This document shows positions 1-9,245 of a stretch of DNA of 64,000 bases, in pieces (position 1 is the first letter of the stretch; each line of letters begins with the position of its first letter). This DNA comes from Flavobacteriales bacterium (GTDB taxonomy: Bacteria; Bacteroidota; Bacteroidia; CAIKAF01). The stretch covers positions 21,121 through 85,120 of the forward strand of contig JAOABX010000009.1 in assembly GCA_026418175.1 (NCBI GenBank), written 5' to 3'. Position numbers and translations under genes: made by a program. The notes under the pieces are model-generated. The model had not been told where the DNA came from. It did not search any database and saw only the letters and a list, made by a program, of their open reading frames with translations.

Positions 1-668
1 TGATTCAGCAATTAAAACCTGATTTGATTTTATTTACTGGTGATTTAGTTAATAATACAACGGATGAAGCATATTTATTTGAAAATACTTTGTCATTATT
101 GCAAGCTCCTTTGGGAGTTTATTCAATTTTGGGTAATCATGATTATGGTGACTATCACATTTGGCCGGATGAAATTGCAAAAAAGAAAAACATGGAGGAA
201 ATGATTGAATTACATCGCAGGTTGGGTTGGAAATTACTCAGAAATGAACATGTTGTGATTGAAAAAGACAATAATTTCATTGCTTTGTTAGGTGTAGAGA
301 ATTGGGGAGCTGCGCTTCGATTCCCTAAATATGGCGATATCCAAAAAGCAAAATTGGGTTTGCCGAATGAAATGTTTAAAATACTTATGTCGCATGACCC
401 ATCACATTGGGATGCACAGATTAATGAAAAAGAAAAAGATATTGATTTAACACTTTCAGGCCATACCCATGGTTTTCAATTTGGTGTGGAGATACCAGGG
501 TTTAAATGGAGCCCCAGTCAATATATTTACAAACAATGGGCGGGGTTGTATCGTTCAGGGGAGCAAATGATATATGTAAACAGAGGTTTGGGATGTATTG
601 GATATTCCGGAAGGGTGGGTATTCGCCCTGAAATTACATTGATTACTTTAGAGTCGCAGCAAAGTTGA
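1..668 (+). CDS. Calcineurin-like metallophosphoesterase (5'-partial; frame continues upstream of window, first full codon at nt 3)
   Basis: Motifs GNHDYGDY and SGHTHGFQ typical of metallophosphoesterases. No in-frame stop between nt 3 and the annotated Met at 24. Confidence 0.8.
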   Translation, partial: IQQLKPDLILFTGDLVNNTTDEAYLFENTLSLLQAPLGVYSILGNHDYGDYHIWPDEIAKKKNMEEMIELHRRLGWKLLRNEHVVIEKDNNFIALLGVENWGAALRFPKYGDIQKAKLGLPNEMFKILMSHDPSHWDAQINEKEKDIDLTLSGHTHGFQFGVEIPGFKWSPSQYIYKQWAGLYRSGEQMIYVNRGLGCIGYSGRVGIRPEITLITLESQQS

Positions 669-709
669 TTTCCAATAGAATGTGTAGGTTTGTATAAAAT
701 TTTGAGCGT

Positions 710-1111
710 ATGAGTGAATTGAATAGCGAATTAGAAAAAATCCATTTAGAAATAGCCCGTTTGCTTGGCCTTTCACGCGAAAACCTGATTTTTGAATACC
801 AAAAAGAAGATGAAGATAAAATTGTGCTGAAACTCATTACAGTGAATCCTCGGCATAAACAGTCTTTTCTTTTTCATCAAGAAAGTGGTTTTGGTGAGAT
901 GGATGCATTGCATAAAATGTTGGATTATGTGAAAACACATAAACACAGTAAAGATAGTTATACCATTCAATGGTCGCTAAAAGACGGAAAAGAACTTCAC
1001 ACGTCCTATTTCAGAGGAAAAAATATTTATGAAGTATTGGATAAATTTTACTATGGTAAGGATATAACTTCTACAATTATATTTTCTATTTCATTAAATC
1101 CGATTTCATAA
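710..1111 (+). CDS. Hypothetical protein (133 aa); 1-nt gap to downstream thioesterase suggests co-transcription
   Basis: ATG start at 710 and clean ORF; no recognisable motifs. Confidence 0.5.
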   Translation: MSELNSELEKIHLEIARLLGLSRENLIFEYQKEDEDKIVLKLITVNPRHKQSFLFHQESGFGEMDALHKMLDYVKTHKHSKDSYTIQWSLKDGKELHTSYFRGKNIYEVLDKFYYGKDITSTIIFSISLNPIS

Positions 1112-1112
1112 T

Positions 1113-1544
1113 ATGGATTATAGACATAAAGTAAAAATTCAACTTCGCTTTGCTGATACAGATATGTTAGGCCACGTAAATAATTCCAATTTTCTTACTT
1201 ATATGGAAGTGGCTCGCATGAGTTATTTTAAAGAGGTTTTAGGCAATGCTATCGATTGGAAAAAAGAGGGTATCATATTAGCCAAGGCTACTGTTGAATA
1301 TAAAGTACCCCTATTTATTGAAGATGATTTGTATGTTGAGATAAAGATAGACCATATTAGCTCTAAAAGTTTTAATATCTCATACCGTTTTATCAAAATG
1401 AATACCCCCGACAAAGTAGTGGCGGCTTTAGGCACTACCTTGATGGTTTGTTATAATTATTACGAAAACAAAAGCATAGTGATGCCCGCTTTGTGGCGAG
1501 AAAAAATCAGTTGTTATGAAGGAATGTCATTATTAAAAAGCTGA
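1113..1544 (+). CDS. Acyl-CoA thioesterase, hotdog fold (4HBT/YbgC-like)
   Basis: N-terminal LRFADTDMLGHVNNSNFLTYME pattern characteristic of 4HBT thioesterases; ~140 aa. Confidence 0.75.
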   Translation: MDYRHKVKIQLRFADTDMLGHVNNSNFLTYMEVARMSYFKEVLGNAIDWKKEGIILAKATVEYKVPLFIEDDLYVEIKIDHISSKSFNISYRFIKMNTPDKVVAALGTTLMVCYNYYENKSIVMPALWREKISCYEGMSLLKS

Positions 1545-1572
1545 AATAAATATTTTATCAAAATAAACATTT

Positions 1573-3027
1573 CTACTGTTTTATTAGTTTTTTGTTAATT
1601 ATTCCATTTTCCGTTTGCAGTTGAAGTATATATGTACCTGAAGATAATTCAGATATATGGATAATATGTGTTATATCTCCAACAGAGTTAGTTAACTGTT
1701 TTTGATAAACTAAACTTCCACTAAGATTAAAAATATTTATCGTAATGCTTTCAGGCTTTGATATACTAAAGTTCAAAATTGCTACATCTGATGAAGGGTT
1801 GGGATAAACTTTCAATTGATATTTATTACTTACATCCACAATTGATGCAAAGGGGTTTGCTTCATACCAAAAATATCTTTGATAATCATTTACCCATTGA
1901 GATAATCCTGTATTCCAGTTCTCATTTTTGTAATATGTTTGGTAATTTTCTGAATTAAAAAAATATGTTGATTTAAATGAATTAACCCAGGTAGAAGTTA
2001 TATCATCCCATGATTCTTCCAAATAGGAAGAATAATTTTCTTGTGCATCAACTGTGTATGCGTAACGATAATTGTTAATCCACAAAGAGTTTATATTATC
2101 CCATGTAATTTGAGTTAACTGAAGAATAATATTGGAAGGGGTATAAGTTAATAAGTTTTTATAATCGTTTTTCCATGATGATGAAATGTTATCCCAATTA
2201 TAGTGATATTCTTCGGTTGTATTAGAACCAGTAAATAAAACGGTATCTTTGGTATTATATATCCAACTGTTAGATATGTTATCCCAATCATAGGAATATC
2301 CATAGTGGAATTTATTATATGCAATAAAATATCTATTCGATTTGTAGTCATTTAACCAATTAGATCCATTCCAATCTTGGTTAATAAATAGATTACAATT
2401 ACCATACGAATCATATTGATACAGAAATCTAAAATCTGGGTCCCAAGTTAGAGTTCCATTGTTCCAACTAAGTGAAGTATAAACATCAATTAAATTATTG
2501 GTATTATAAGAATATAAGATCCTACCATAATTTTGCCAACTAGCTCCATTCCAATAAAGATTTAATTTTTCAGTAGCTAATCCTACACCGTTTCGTGTAT
2601 AGCTGTATTTGTAATCATTATCCCATGAAGCACCATTCCACGTTTGATTAACCTCCTCAATTAGCCATCCATTGGCATCATAAGAATATTGGGTACGGTA
2701 GCTGTTTTCCCAAAGTGAACTCATGGTGTTATAATTTTTGATTGTTCTTGTTAGAACATTCCCATTTTGATTATCATAACTGAAATGAAGTGAATCATCA
2801 AAAACCCACGACGAAGATCCAATTTCATAGTAATCTGATCTCTCTCCTATGAGCCTTAAATTACCGCTTGGTTGGCCTTTTAATGTTTGCAAGTAGTTGT
2901 TGGTCCAATCAATCAAATTTATTTTATGATCAGTAATTAATCTTGTAATAGGATTAAAATCTGTTGATTGAGCAAACAATGCAATTGTTAAAAAAGAAGT
3001 TATAAGTAATAGAGTTGGTTTTTTCAT
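1573..3027 (-). CDS. Secreted T9SS cargo protein with about nine Trp-rich ~24-aa tandem repeats and a C-terminal Por/T9SS sorting domain (paralog A)
   Basis: Signal peptide MKKPTLLLITSFLTIALFAQS. Repeats of form W-N-G-x-x-W-x-N-D-Y-K-x-x-Y-x-Y-x-x-x-G-N. C-terminus YPNPSSDVAILNF...GTYILQLQTENG matches the T9SS CTD. Confidence 0.8.
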   Translation of the reverse strand: MKKPTLLLITSFLTIALFAQSTDFNPITRLITDHKINLIDWTNNYLQTLKGQPSGNLRLIGERSDYYEIGSSSWVFDDSLHFSYDNQNGNVLTRTIKNYNTMSSLWENSYRTQYSYDANGWLIEEVNQTWNGASWDNDYKYSYTRNGVGLATEKLNLYWNGASWQNYGRILYSYNTNNLIDVYTSLSWNNGTLTWDPDFRFLYQYDSYGNCNLFINQDWNGSNWLNDYKSNRYFIAYNKFHYGYSYDWDNISNSWIYNTKDTVLFTGSNTTEEYHYNWDNISSSWKNDYKNLLTYTPSNIILQLTQITWDNINSLWINNYRYAYTVDAQENYSSYLEESWDDITSTWVNSFKSTYFFNSENYQTYYKNENWNTGLSQWVNDYQRYFWYEANPFASIVDVSNKYQLKVYPNPSSDVAILNFSISKPESITINIFNLSGSLVYQKQLTNSVGDITHIIHISELSSGTYILQLQTENGIINKKLIKQ

Positions 3028-3136
3028 TTCTATAATTTTTAATTTATCAAATATAACAAAATGTTATTCTAATATCATTATGTAGCAAAAAATAATATTT
3101 ACTAAAGAAATAAATTGTTTTTTTTAGTATTTTCTA

Positions 3137-4738
3137 TTAATTATCCAAAAATTTATTACGATTATCCATGTATGGTGGACAATCTAGACAATCCAATCCA
3201 TTCTTTTTCATTATCCAGGTATGTCCATCCATATCATAATCCCAAGCATCCAATACATTATCAATATCAAATAACACAGATTCCATACTCTCATCAATAT
3301 AAATTTTTTGTTGGTCTGGAATTTTTAAGGTTATTTTTACTTGTTGTGCCCGATATTTTTTAGTATTTGTTGTTACTAGAATGGGAGAAAATATAAGAAC
3401 ACTATCTGATTGGATTACTTCATACTGAATTTTTTTGGCGTTAATTCCAGCTTCTTCTCGGGTTTTACCGCGAGAAAATCTTGTAATTTCTAATCGGCAT
3501 AGGCTGTCTTTATCATTTCGAACAATATTAAGCTTAACATCCCCTACAGGAATGACTTTCCCATTTTCATCAACATGTAAAAAATCATCCCAAAGAATGT
3601 TTGTATTAGTTTTTAGGGCTTTCAGCCACAGTGTTTTTCCTTTTTCTAATGATATATCTATTACTGAAGTGTCGCTGTATGTATTTTTAAAATTTGAAAG
3701 CACTTTAATAGCAGTATATCCACCCAGCATTATTCCGAATATCCATATTCCAAGAGCTGTATAATTTAACCAGCGACTGTTGTGTTGAATACGGAATAAT
3801 ATTTTAATGCCGACATAGATCAGCATAATGAGTGGTATCCCTAGAATAAGTAATACTGATATAATAGCCAATCGGGTTTGTAAAGAATTTTCACTTATTA
3901 AGTTTACCAAAGTACTTAATGGTATTTCATAGGTGTCTTGATTTAAGCTAATGGATATACCTTCTCCAAAAATAATAGCCCAAATAAAGATGCTCAGAAA
4001 AATGATACCGAAGATGATAAAGAATACAGCGAGAAATTTTCCAATAATTTTTAATAAACGATGAATGATTTGAGCTAATGCATTCAAAAAATTTTGTATT
4101 GCATTTCCTACTTTTTCAGCAGTACCTGAGCTTTTTATGTCTTGAAAACTTTGTTTAACGCCTTCTAATTCTTCTTTTACCGTCTTTTCAATGGTTGATA
4201 CATTAATTTTTTCACCCCGCATTTCCAATTTTTCTGCAGTAGTACGTGCTTTGGGCATGGCTATCCATAACAGGAAATAAATCAGTAATCCAGTACCCCA
4301 TGCAATAAATGTAATGCCGAATATTAGGCGAAAAATAACCGGATCAATTCCAAAGTATGCCCCCAATCCGCCACAAACTCCGCCCAATACTTTATTATCC
4401 GGATCACGATACAATCGTTTGGGCCCTGATGAGGTTCGGCTACCTTTTTGTTTTGTTGAATTATTGCTAGCATTTTCTTCTGCAATGATTTCAGGCTGCC
4501 CCATGATTCCAATCATGACTTCTACATCTTGCATGGTCACTACTTCTCGAGGAGTTTTTAAAGTATCCTTAAAGATTTCTGCAATACGATGTTCTATATC
4601 CTGCATTATCTCTATAGCTCCTTCTTCTGTACTGAAATGCGATTTCAGTGTATCAAGGTAAGCCTTGAGTTTCTCATAGGAATCTTCATCCATATGAAAT
4701 ACAAAGCCACCAATGTTAGTCTGAATGATTTTTTTCAT
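3137..4738 (-). CDS. PspC-domain membrane protein (phage-shock-protein C family), partner of upstream PadR regulator
   Basis: PspC signature LYRDPDNKVLGGVCGGLGAYFGIDPVIFRLIFGI; several hydrophobic TM stretches; 16-nt gap to padR. Confidence 0.85.
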   Translation of the reverse strand: MKKIIQTNIGGFVFHMDEDSYEKLKAYLDTLKSHFSTEEGAIEIMQDIEHRIAEIFKDTLKTPREVVTMQDVEVMIGIMGQPEIIAEENASNNSTKQKGSRTSSGPKRLYRDPDNKVLGGVCGGLGAYFGIDPVIFRLIFGITFIAWGTGLLIYFLLWIAMPKARTTAEKLEMRGEKINVSTIEKTVKEELEGVKQSFQDIKSSGTAEKVGNAIQNFLNALAQIIHRLLKIIGKFLAVFFIIFGIIFLSIFIWAIIFGEGISISLNQDTYEIPLSTLVNLISENSLQTRLAIISVLLILGIPLIMLIYVGIKILFRIQHNSRWLNYTALGIWIFGIMLGGYTAIKVLSNFKNTYSDTSVIDISLEKGKTLWLKALKTNTNILWDDFLHVDENGKVIPVGDVKLNIVRNDKDSLCRLEITRFSRGKTREEAGINAKKIQYEVIQSDSVLIFSPILVTTNTKKYRAQQVKITLKIPDQQKIYIDESMESVLFDIDNVLDAWDYDMDGHTWIMKKNGLDCLDCPPYMDNRNKFLDN

Positions 4739-4754
4739 AATTACTGAGTTATTA

Positions 4755-5096
4755 TTATTGTTGGTTACTGATTTGTTTTACAGCTTGGTTCAATTCTTCC
4801 CAAGTTTTTTTAAGTTGTTGAAGAAATTGCCTCCCTTCTTCGGTAATAGCGTAATATTTTCTTGGAGGCCCTAATGTACTTTCTTCCCAACGGTAAGTTA
4901 AAAGTCCTCCGTTTTTTAATCGGGTTAATAATGGATACAAAGTTCCTTCTACCACAATCAATTGGGCTTTTTTAAGCTCATTGATAATGTCTGATGCATA
5001 TGCGTCATTGCGAGCAAGCACAGAAAGGATAACCAATTCCAGGATTCCTTTACGCATCTGTGCCTGAGTATTTTCAAGATTAACTTGAGTTGACAT
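4755..5096 (-). CDS. PadR family transcriptional regulator
   Basis: 113 aa winged-HTH with LILSVLARNDAYASDIINEL...GTLYPLLTRLKNGGLL...YYAITEEGR, the canonical PadR pattern. Confidence 0.9.
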   Translation of the reverse strand: MSTQVNLENTQAQMRKGILELVILSVLARNDAYASDIINELKKAQLIVVEGTLYPLLTRLKNGGLLTYRWEESTLGPPRKYYAITEEGRQFLQQLKKTWEELNQAVKQISNQQ

Positions 5097-5130
5097 AGTA
5101 ATTTTTATTACACAAAACTATAAATAAAAT

Positions 5131-5153
5131 AGTACTATGCAAAACATAGTACT
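5131..5153 (-). promoter_or_regulatory. Perfect 9-bp inverted repeat AGTACTATG-CAAAA-CATAGTACT, 35-57 bp upstream of the padR start; candidate PadR autoregulatory operator
   Basis: Read directly from sequence. PadR-family proteins bind dyad-symmetric sites upstream of their own operons. Confidence 0.4.
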
Positions 5154-5210
5154 AAAAAAAAGTGTTAATAGTTTATAAAATGAAATAGGAAGTAAGATGA
5201 AAGTGGCGTA

Positions 5211-6689
5211 TTATGATTTTATCAATTTATTATTGATAAAACCATGAATGGTTTTAATTTGTAAAAAATAAGTACCAGGTAAAAGATTTGATACATCCAT
5301 AATGCGGGTAGTTTGACCTATAGAAGTAAATTTAGTATTATACACTATTGCGCCATTTAAATTGTAAATAATTACTTCTACATCCTCATTATCATGAGTT
5401 TTCATAGTAAGTAACAAATAATCTTTAGCAGGATTTGGAAATATATTTACTTGGTATTGCACGCTTACATCAGCAATTGATACAAAGGGATTTACTTCAT
5501 ACCAAAAAAATTTTTGTTCCTCATTTACCCAATTTATTTGTCCTGGATATAGAGTTTTTTGCTTTAGTTGGTAAGTTAAATAATTGTCATTGTTAAATGT
5601 AAATAGTTCTTTATTGATAAAAATCCAACCATAATATGGATGCCATTCATGATACTCATATGTGGAATAATTTTCCTGTGCATCAAGTGTATAAACAAAA
5701 TGTGAATTATTAATCCATTGAGAATTTGTACTCCATTCCTGTAAATATTGTTCAACCAAAATGTTTGATGTTGTAAAAGTTTGAATTTTTCTTTTATTAT
5801 ATTTCCAATTAGAGGTATTTACATCCCATAAATATTGGTATTCTTCCCGGTTAGTATTACTTATGAATAGTGTGGAATCTTTATGCGAATTATTCCAAGA
5901 ATTAGATACTGTGTTCCAAAAATATTTATAACCATAGTGAAATTGATTATCAGCGGTATAAAAGGTAATAAATTTTAATTCATTAAGCCAATAAGAGCCA
6001 ATCCAACGCTGGGTTATTAACTCTGTACAATTTCCATGAGCGTCGTATTGATAAATATTTCTTTTATCGAAAATCCATTGAGAATTAAGATTATCCCAAA
6101 TAAAAGTCATTAATGTATCTACCCACTGATTACTATTGTACGTATTTGTAATACGATTTATGGGAAGCCATTCACTTCCATTCCATTCATAATAAACTTT
6201 TTCAACAACTAAGCCTTGTGCATTAAAGTTAAAATTTTCCTTGTAAGAATTAATCCAGGATGTTCCGTTCCATATCTTTCCAATTTTTTGAATAAGCCAT
6301 CCATTTGTATTGTATGTATTTTCTCTAAGAAATGAATTAAACCAGGCCGATGAATCTTGATTATATTCCAGAAATAATTCGGTGAGGACATTGCCATTTT
6401 GTGTATCGTAACTTAAACTTAATGAATCATCATAGTTCCATGAGCTGCTATACATATCATATTGATCCTTTCTTTCTCCAATTTTTCTCAAATTTCCGGT
6501 TGGTAAACCTTTAAGTGTTTTTAAATATTGAATTGTCCATTCTTGTAAACTAATAGGTGGTTTATCATGTATAGAGTCAATTCGATAGCAATCATGGTTA
6601 GCTTCAACAAAGTTATTTACAATCTGAGCATTTATTGTACTAGAAACAAGTAGGGATAAAACAATTAAAAATAAAAATTTAGTTTTCAT
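5211..6689 (-). CDS. Secreted T9SS cargo protein with Trp-rich tandem repeats and C-terminal T9SS sorting domain (paralog B of 1573..3027)
   Basis: Signal peptide. N-terminal block LKTLKGLPTGNLRKIGERKDQYDMYSSSWNYDDSLSLSYDTQNGNVLTE aligns with paralog A. CTD FPNPAKDYLLLTM...GTYFLQIKT. Confidence 0.8.
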   Translation of the reverse strand: MKTKFLFLIVLSLLVSSTINAQIVNNFVEANHDCYRIDSIHDKPPISLQEWTIQYLKTLKGLPTGNLRKIGERKDQYDMYSSSWNYDDSLSLSYDTQNGNVLTELFLEYNQDSSAWFNSFLRENTYNTNGWLIQKIGKIWNGTSWINSYKENFNFNAQGLVVEKVYYEWNGSEWLPINRITNTYNSNQWVDTLMTFIWDNLNSQWIFDKRNIYQYDAHGNCTELITQRWIGSYWLNELKFITFYTADNQFHYGYKYFWNTVSNSWNNSHKDSTLFISNTNREEYQYLWDVNTSNWKYNKRKIQTFTTSNILVEQYLQEWSTNSQWINNSHFVYTLDAQENYSTYEYHEWHPYYGWIFINKELFTFNNDNYLTYQLKQKTLYPGQINWVNEEQKFFWYEVNPFVSIADVSVQYQVNIFPNPAKDYLLLTMKTHDNEDVEVIIYNLNGAIVYNTKFTSIGQTTRIMDVSNLLPGTYFLQIKTIHGFINNKLIKS

Positions 6690-6738
6690 ACCGTTTTTTT
6701 TATAGTTGTAAAATCAAGTTTATATCTACGTGTTATTG

Positions 6739-8328
6739 TTATATACCTTTAATTTCATTATTAATTATTTGAATTTGTTTTGCACGAGGTTCTTTGGGTA
6801 ACCCCGGCATGAGCATTATATCACCACATTGTACTACTACAAATCCGGCACCTGCATTTAAGTAAATATCATCAACATGTAGCGTAAACCCTGTTTTCAA
6901 ACCAGCCTGGTTAGGCTGATCTGTAAAACTATATTGTGTTTTAGCCATACAAATGGCAAGATTTTCTAATTGTATTTCAAGTTTTTCGATTTGTTTTTGA
7001 GCTTTGGTAGAGAAACTTACTTTTCCAGCCCCATAAATGGTAGTTGCAATTTTGTGGATTTTATTTAGAAAAGAATCCTCCAATCCATAGGTAAACCGAA
7101 GGGGGCGTTCTGGTAACTCCGTTAAATTACATACTATTTCAGCCAACTGTAGTGCCCCGTCTCCGCCTTTAGCATATCCCTGATGGGTTACAAAAGGTAC
7201 TTTTTGTTCTAAACAAAATGCTTCCACTGTGGCTATTTCCTTTGGTGTATCTTCGATATGTTGATTTAAAGCAACTAACACCCGTTGGTTGAATGATTGC
7301 AGGATATGTATATGCCTTTCTAAATTCCATAAGCCGGCTTCTACTGTTTCACTTCCTTTGGCTTTTCCGTGGAGTTTCAGGGCCGGAATAGTTACCACCA
7401 AAACACTGAGCGAAGGATTGAATCCAGTAGTTCTACATTTAATATTAAAAAACTTTTCTGCTCCCAGATCGCTACCAAATCCAGCTTCGGTAATGGTGTA
7501 ATCAGCTAAATGAAGCCCCCATTGAGTAGCAACCAAGCTATTGCAGCCATGAGCAATATTGGCAAAAGGCCCTCCATGTACCAAGGCTGGTCCACCTTCT
7601 GCTGTTTGAACAAGGTTGGGCTTAAATGCATCTTTTAATAATGCAACAATTGCGCCTGTTACACCTAATTTATCAGTAGTAATGGCTTCTCCATTATAAT
7701 TATATCCTACAATCATTCGACCCACTCGTTTTTGCAAATCATTTAAGTCTTTACTTAAACAAAAAACTGCCATTAGGTCAGAAGCCGGAGTAATAACAAA
7801 ACCTGTTTCCATAGGGGCTCCGTTAGAAGCTCCCATCCCTGTAATAATTTGCCTCAACGAACGGTCGTTTACATCCAGACACCTTTTCAGGGTGATGGTT
7901 TTTAGTCCTTCAGGTTTGCCTTGATGAATATACCGGTAATTTTCGGCCAAAGCTACCAGCATATTATTAGCTGCTGTGATGGCATGAAAATCTCCGGTAA
8001 AATGTAGATTAATGTCGTCTGCAGGTTTTAATATGGCTTTACCTCCGCCTGCAGCACCACCTTTCATTCCAAAGTTTGGTCCTAGCGAAGGTTCTCTCAA
8101 TGTAGCAATTACCGATTTCCCGATTTTTCTTAGGCCCATAGCTAATGAAATGGTTGTAACGGTTTTCCCATTTCCCTGTTTTGTGGGGCTTATAGAGGTT
8201 ACCAAAATTAATTTTCCATTTTTTTTATTTCCAGGAATGCCATTCAGCTTGGCTTTGTAATATCCATATGGTTCATATTCAGATGAACTGAGTTTTAGCT
8301 CTTTAGTTAATTCTTCAATGGGCTTCAT
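6739..8328 (-). CDS. fhs: Formate--tetrahydrofolate ligase
   Basis: P-loop-like PTKQGNGKTVTTISLAMGL and LREPSLGPNFGMKGGAAGGG motifs diagnostic of FTHFS; 529 aa. Confidence 0.95.
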   Translation of the reverse strand: MKPIEELTKELKLSSSEYEPYGYYKAKLNGIPGNKKNGKLILVTSISPTKQGNGKTVTTISLAMGLRKIGKSVIATLREPSLGPNFGMKGGAAGGGKAILKPADDINLHFTGDFHAITAANNMLVALAENYRYIHQGKPEGLKTITLKRCLDVNDRSLRQIITGMGASNGAPMETGFVITPASDLMAVFCLSKDLNDLQKRVGRMIVGYNYNGEAITTDKLGVTGAIVALLKDAFKPNLVQTAEGGPALVHGGPFANIAHGCNSLVATQWGLHLADYTITEAGFGSDLGAEKFFNIKCRTTGFNPSLSVLVVTIPALKLHGKAKGSETVEAGLWNLERHIHILQSFNQRVLVALNQHIEDTPKEIATVEAFCLEQKVPFVTHQGYAKGGDGALQLAEIVCNLTELPERPLRFTYGLEDSFLNKIHKIATTIYGAGKVSFSTKAQKQIEKLEIQLENLAICMAKTQYSFTDQPNQAGLKTGFTLHVDDIYLNAGAGFVVVQCGDIMLMPGLPKEPRAKQIQIINNEIKGI

Positions 8329-8448
8329 GCATTACAAATTGTTTTCAAATATGATATGGCTAATTATTACAAACTATGAGAAAAATCATGTTTATATATT
8401 TTTTTGAATTAAGCGATAATACTTCACAACAGTTTATACTTTTAACCT

Positions 8449-9072
8449 ATGGATTTATCTTCTTCCAAATTGATGAATGATGCCGTAGATGCTTTTGCAT
8501 CGCTACCAGGCATTGGACGAAAGACCGCTTTAAGGCTTGTGCTTTATTTGTTACGTCAGGAAGAATCGCAAGTGAATCATTTTGGAGAAACCTTGCTTCG
8601 GCTCAAAAAAGATATTCGCTTTTGCAGGCAGTGCCATCATATTGCTGAGAAAGAACTTTGTCAGTTTTGCTCTAATTATTCTCGAGATCATTCGGTAATT
8701 TGTGTTGTAGAAGACATTAAAGATGTTTTGGCAATTGAGAATACTCATCAATTTCGGGGGGTATATCATGTGCTGGGTGGTCGTATTTCGCCGATGGAAG
8801 GAATCGGCCCTTCAGACCTTCATATTGAAAGTTTGCTAGAACGTGTTGCTCAAGGTGGCGTTCAAGAAATCATTCTTGCCATGAGCAGTACCATGGAAGG
8901 TGATACTACCAATTTCTATCTTTTTAAGAAATTGTCGGGTTATCCTATTCAGGTTACTACCATTGCCCGCGGAATTGGTTTTGGCGATGAGTTGGAATAT
9001 GCTGATGAAATGACCCTCGGCCGGTCTATCCTTCACAGAATACCTTATGAAAAAACACTGGTGAACAAGTAA
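8449..9072 (+). CDS. recR: Recombination protein RecR
   Basis: HhH motif [13 protein letters not shown]4 zinc finger [16 protein letters not shown], Toprim region; ~200 aa. Confidence 0.95.
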   Translation: MDLSSSKLMNDAVDAFASLPGIGRKTALRLVLYLLRQEESQVNHFGETLLRLKKDIRFCRQCHHIAEKELCQFCSNYSRDHSVICVVEDIKDVLAIENTHQFRGVYHVLGGRISPMEGIGPSDLHIESLLERVAQGGVQEIILAMSSTMEGDTTNFYLFKKLSGYPIQVTTIARGIGFGDELEYADEMTLGRSILHRIPYEKTLVNK

Positions 9073-9245
9073 TATTATTTTAGCACGTTTATTATTTTAG
9101 ATTATGCCTAATTTAAATGTTATTGTTTAATCATTGGAAATGATGAAGCTACCTATCAATTATTTATATCCATCGTTTTTAATAAAAATTACACTATAAA
9201 CACTATATTCTTACATTCAGGCATTCTCACTATCTTGGGCTGCCA

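Noticed and set aside
3115-3363. Plus-strand 82-aa ORF and other short antisense ORFs (e.g. 4314..4661, 31036..32212, 63476..63724)
   Set aside because: They lie entirely antisense within well-supported genes (pspC-domain gene, katG, rimK), have low-complexity translations and no start context. They are typical shadow ORFs.
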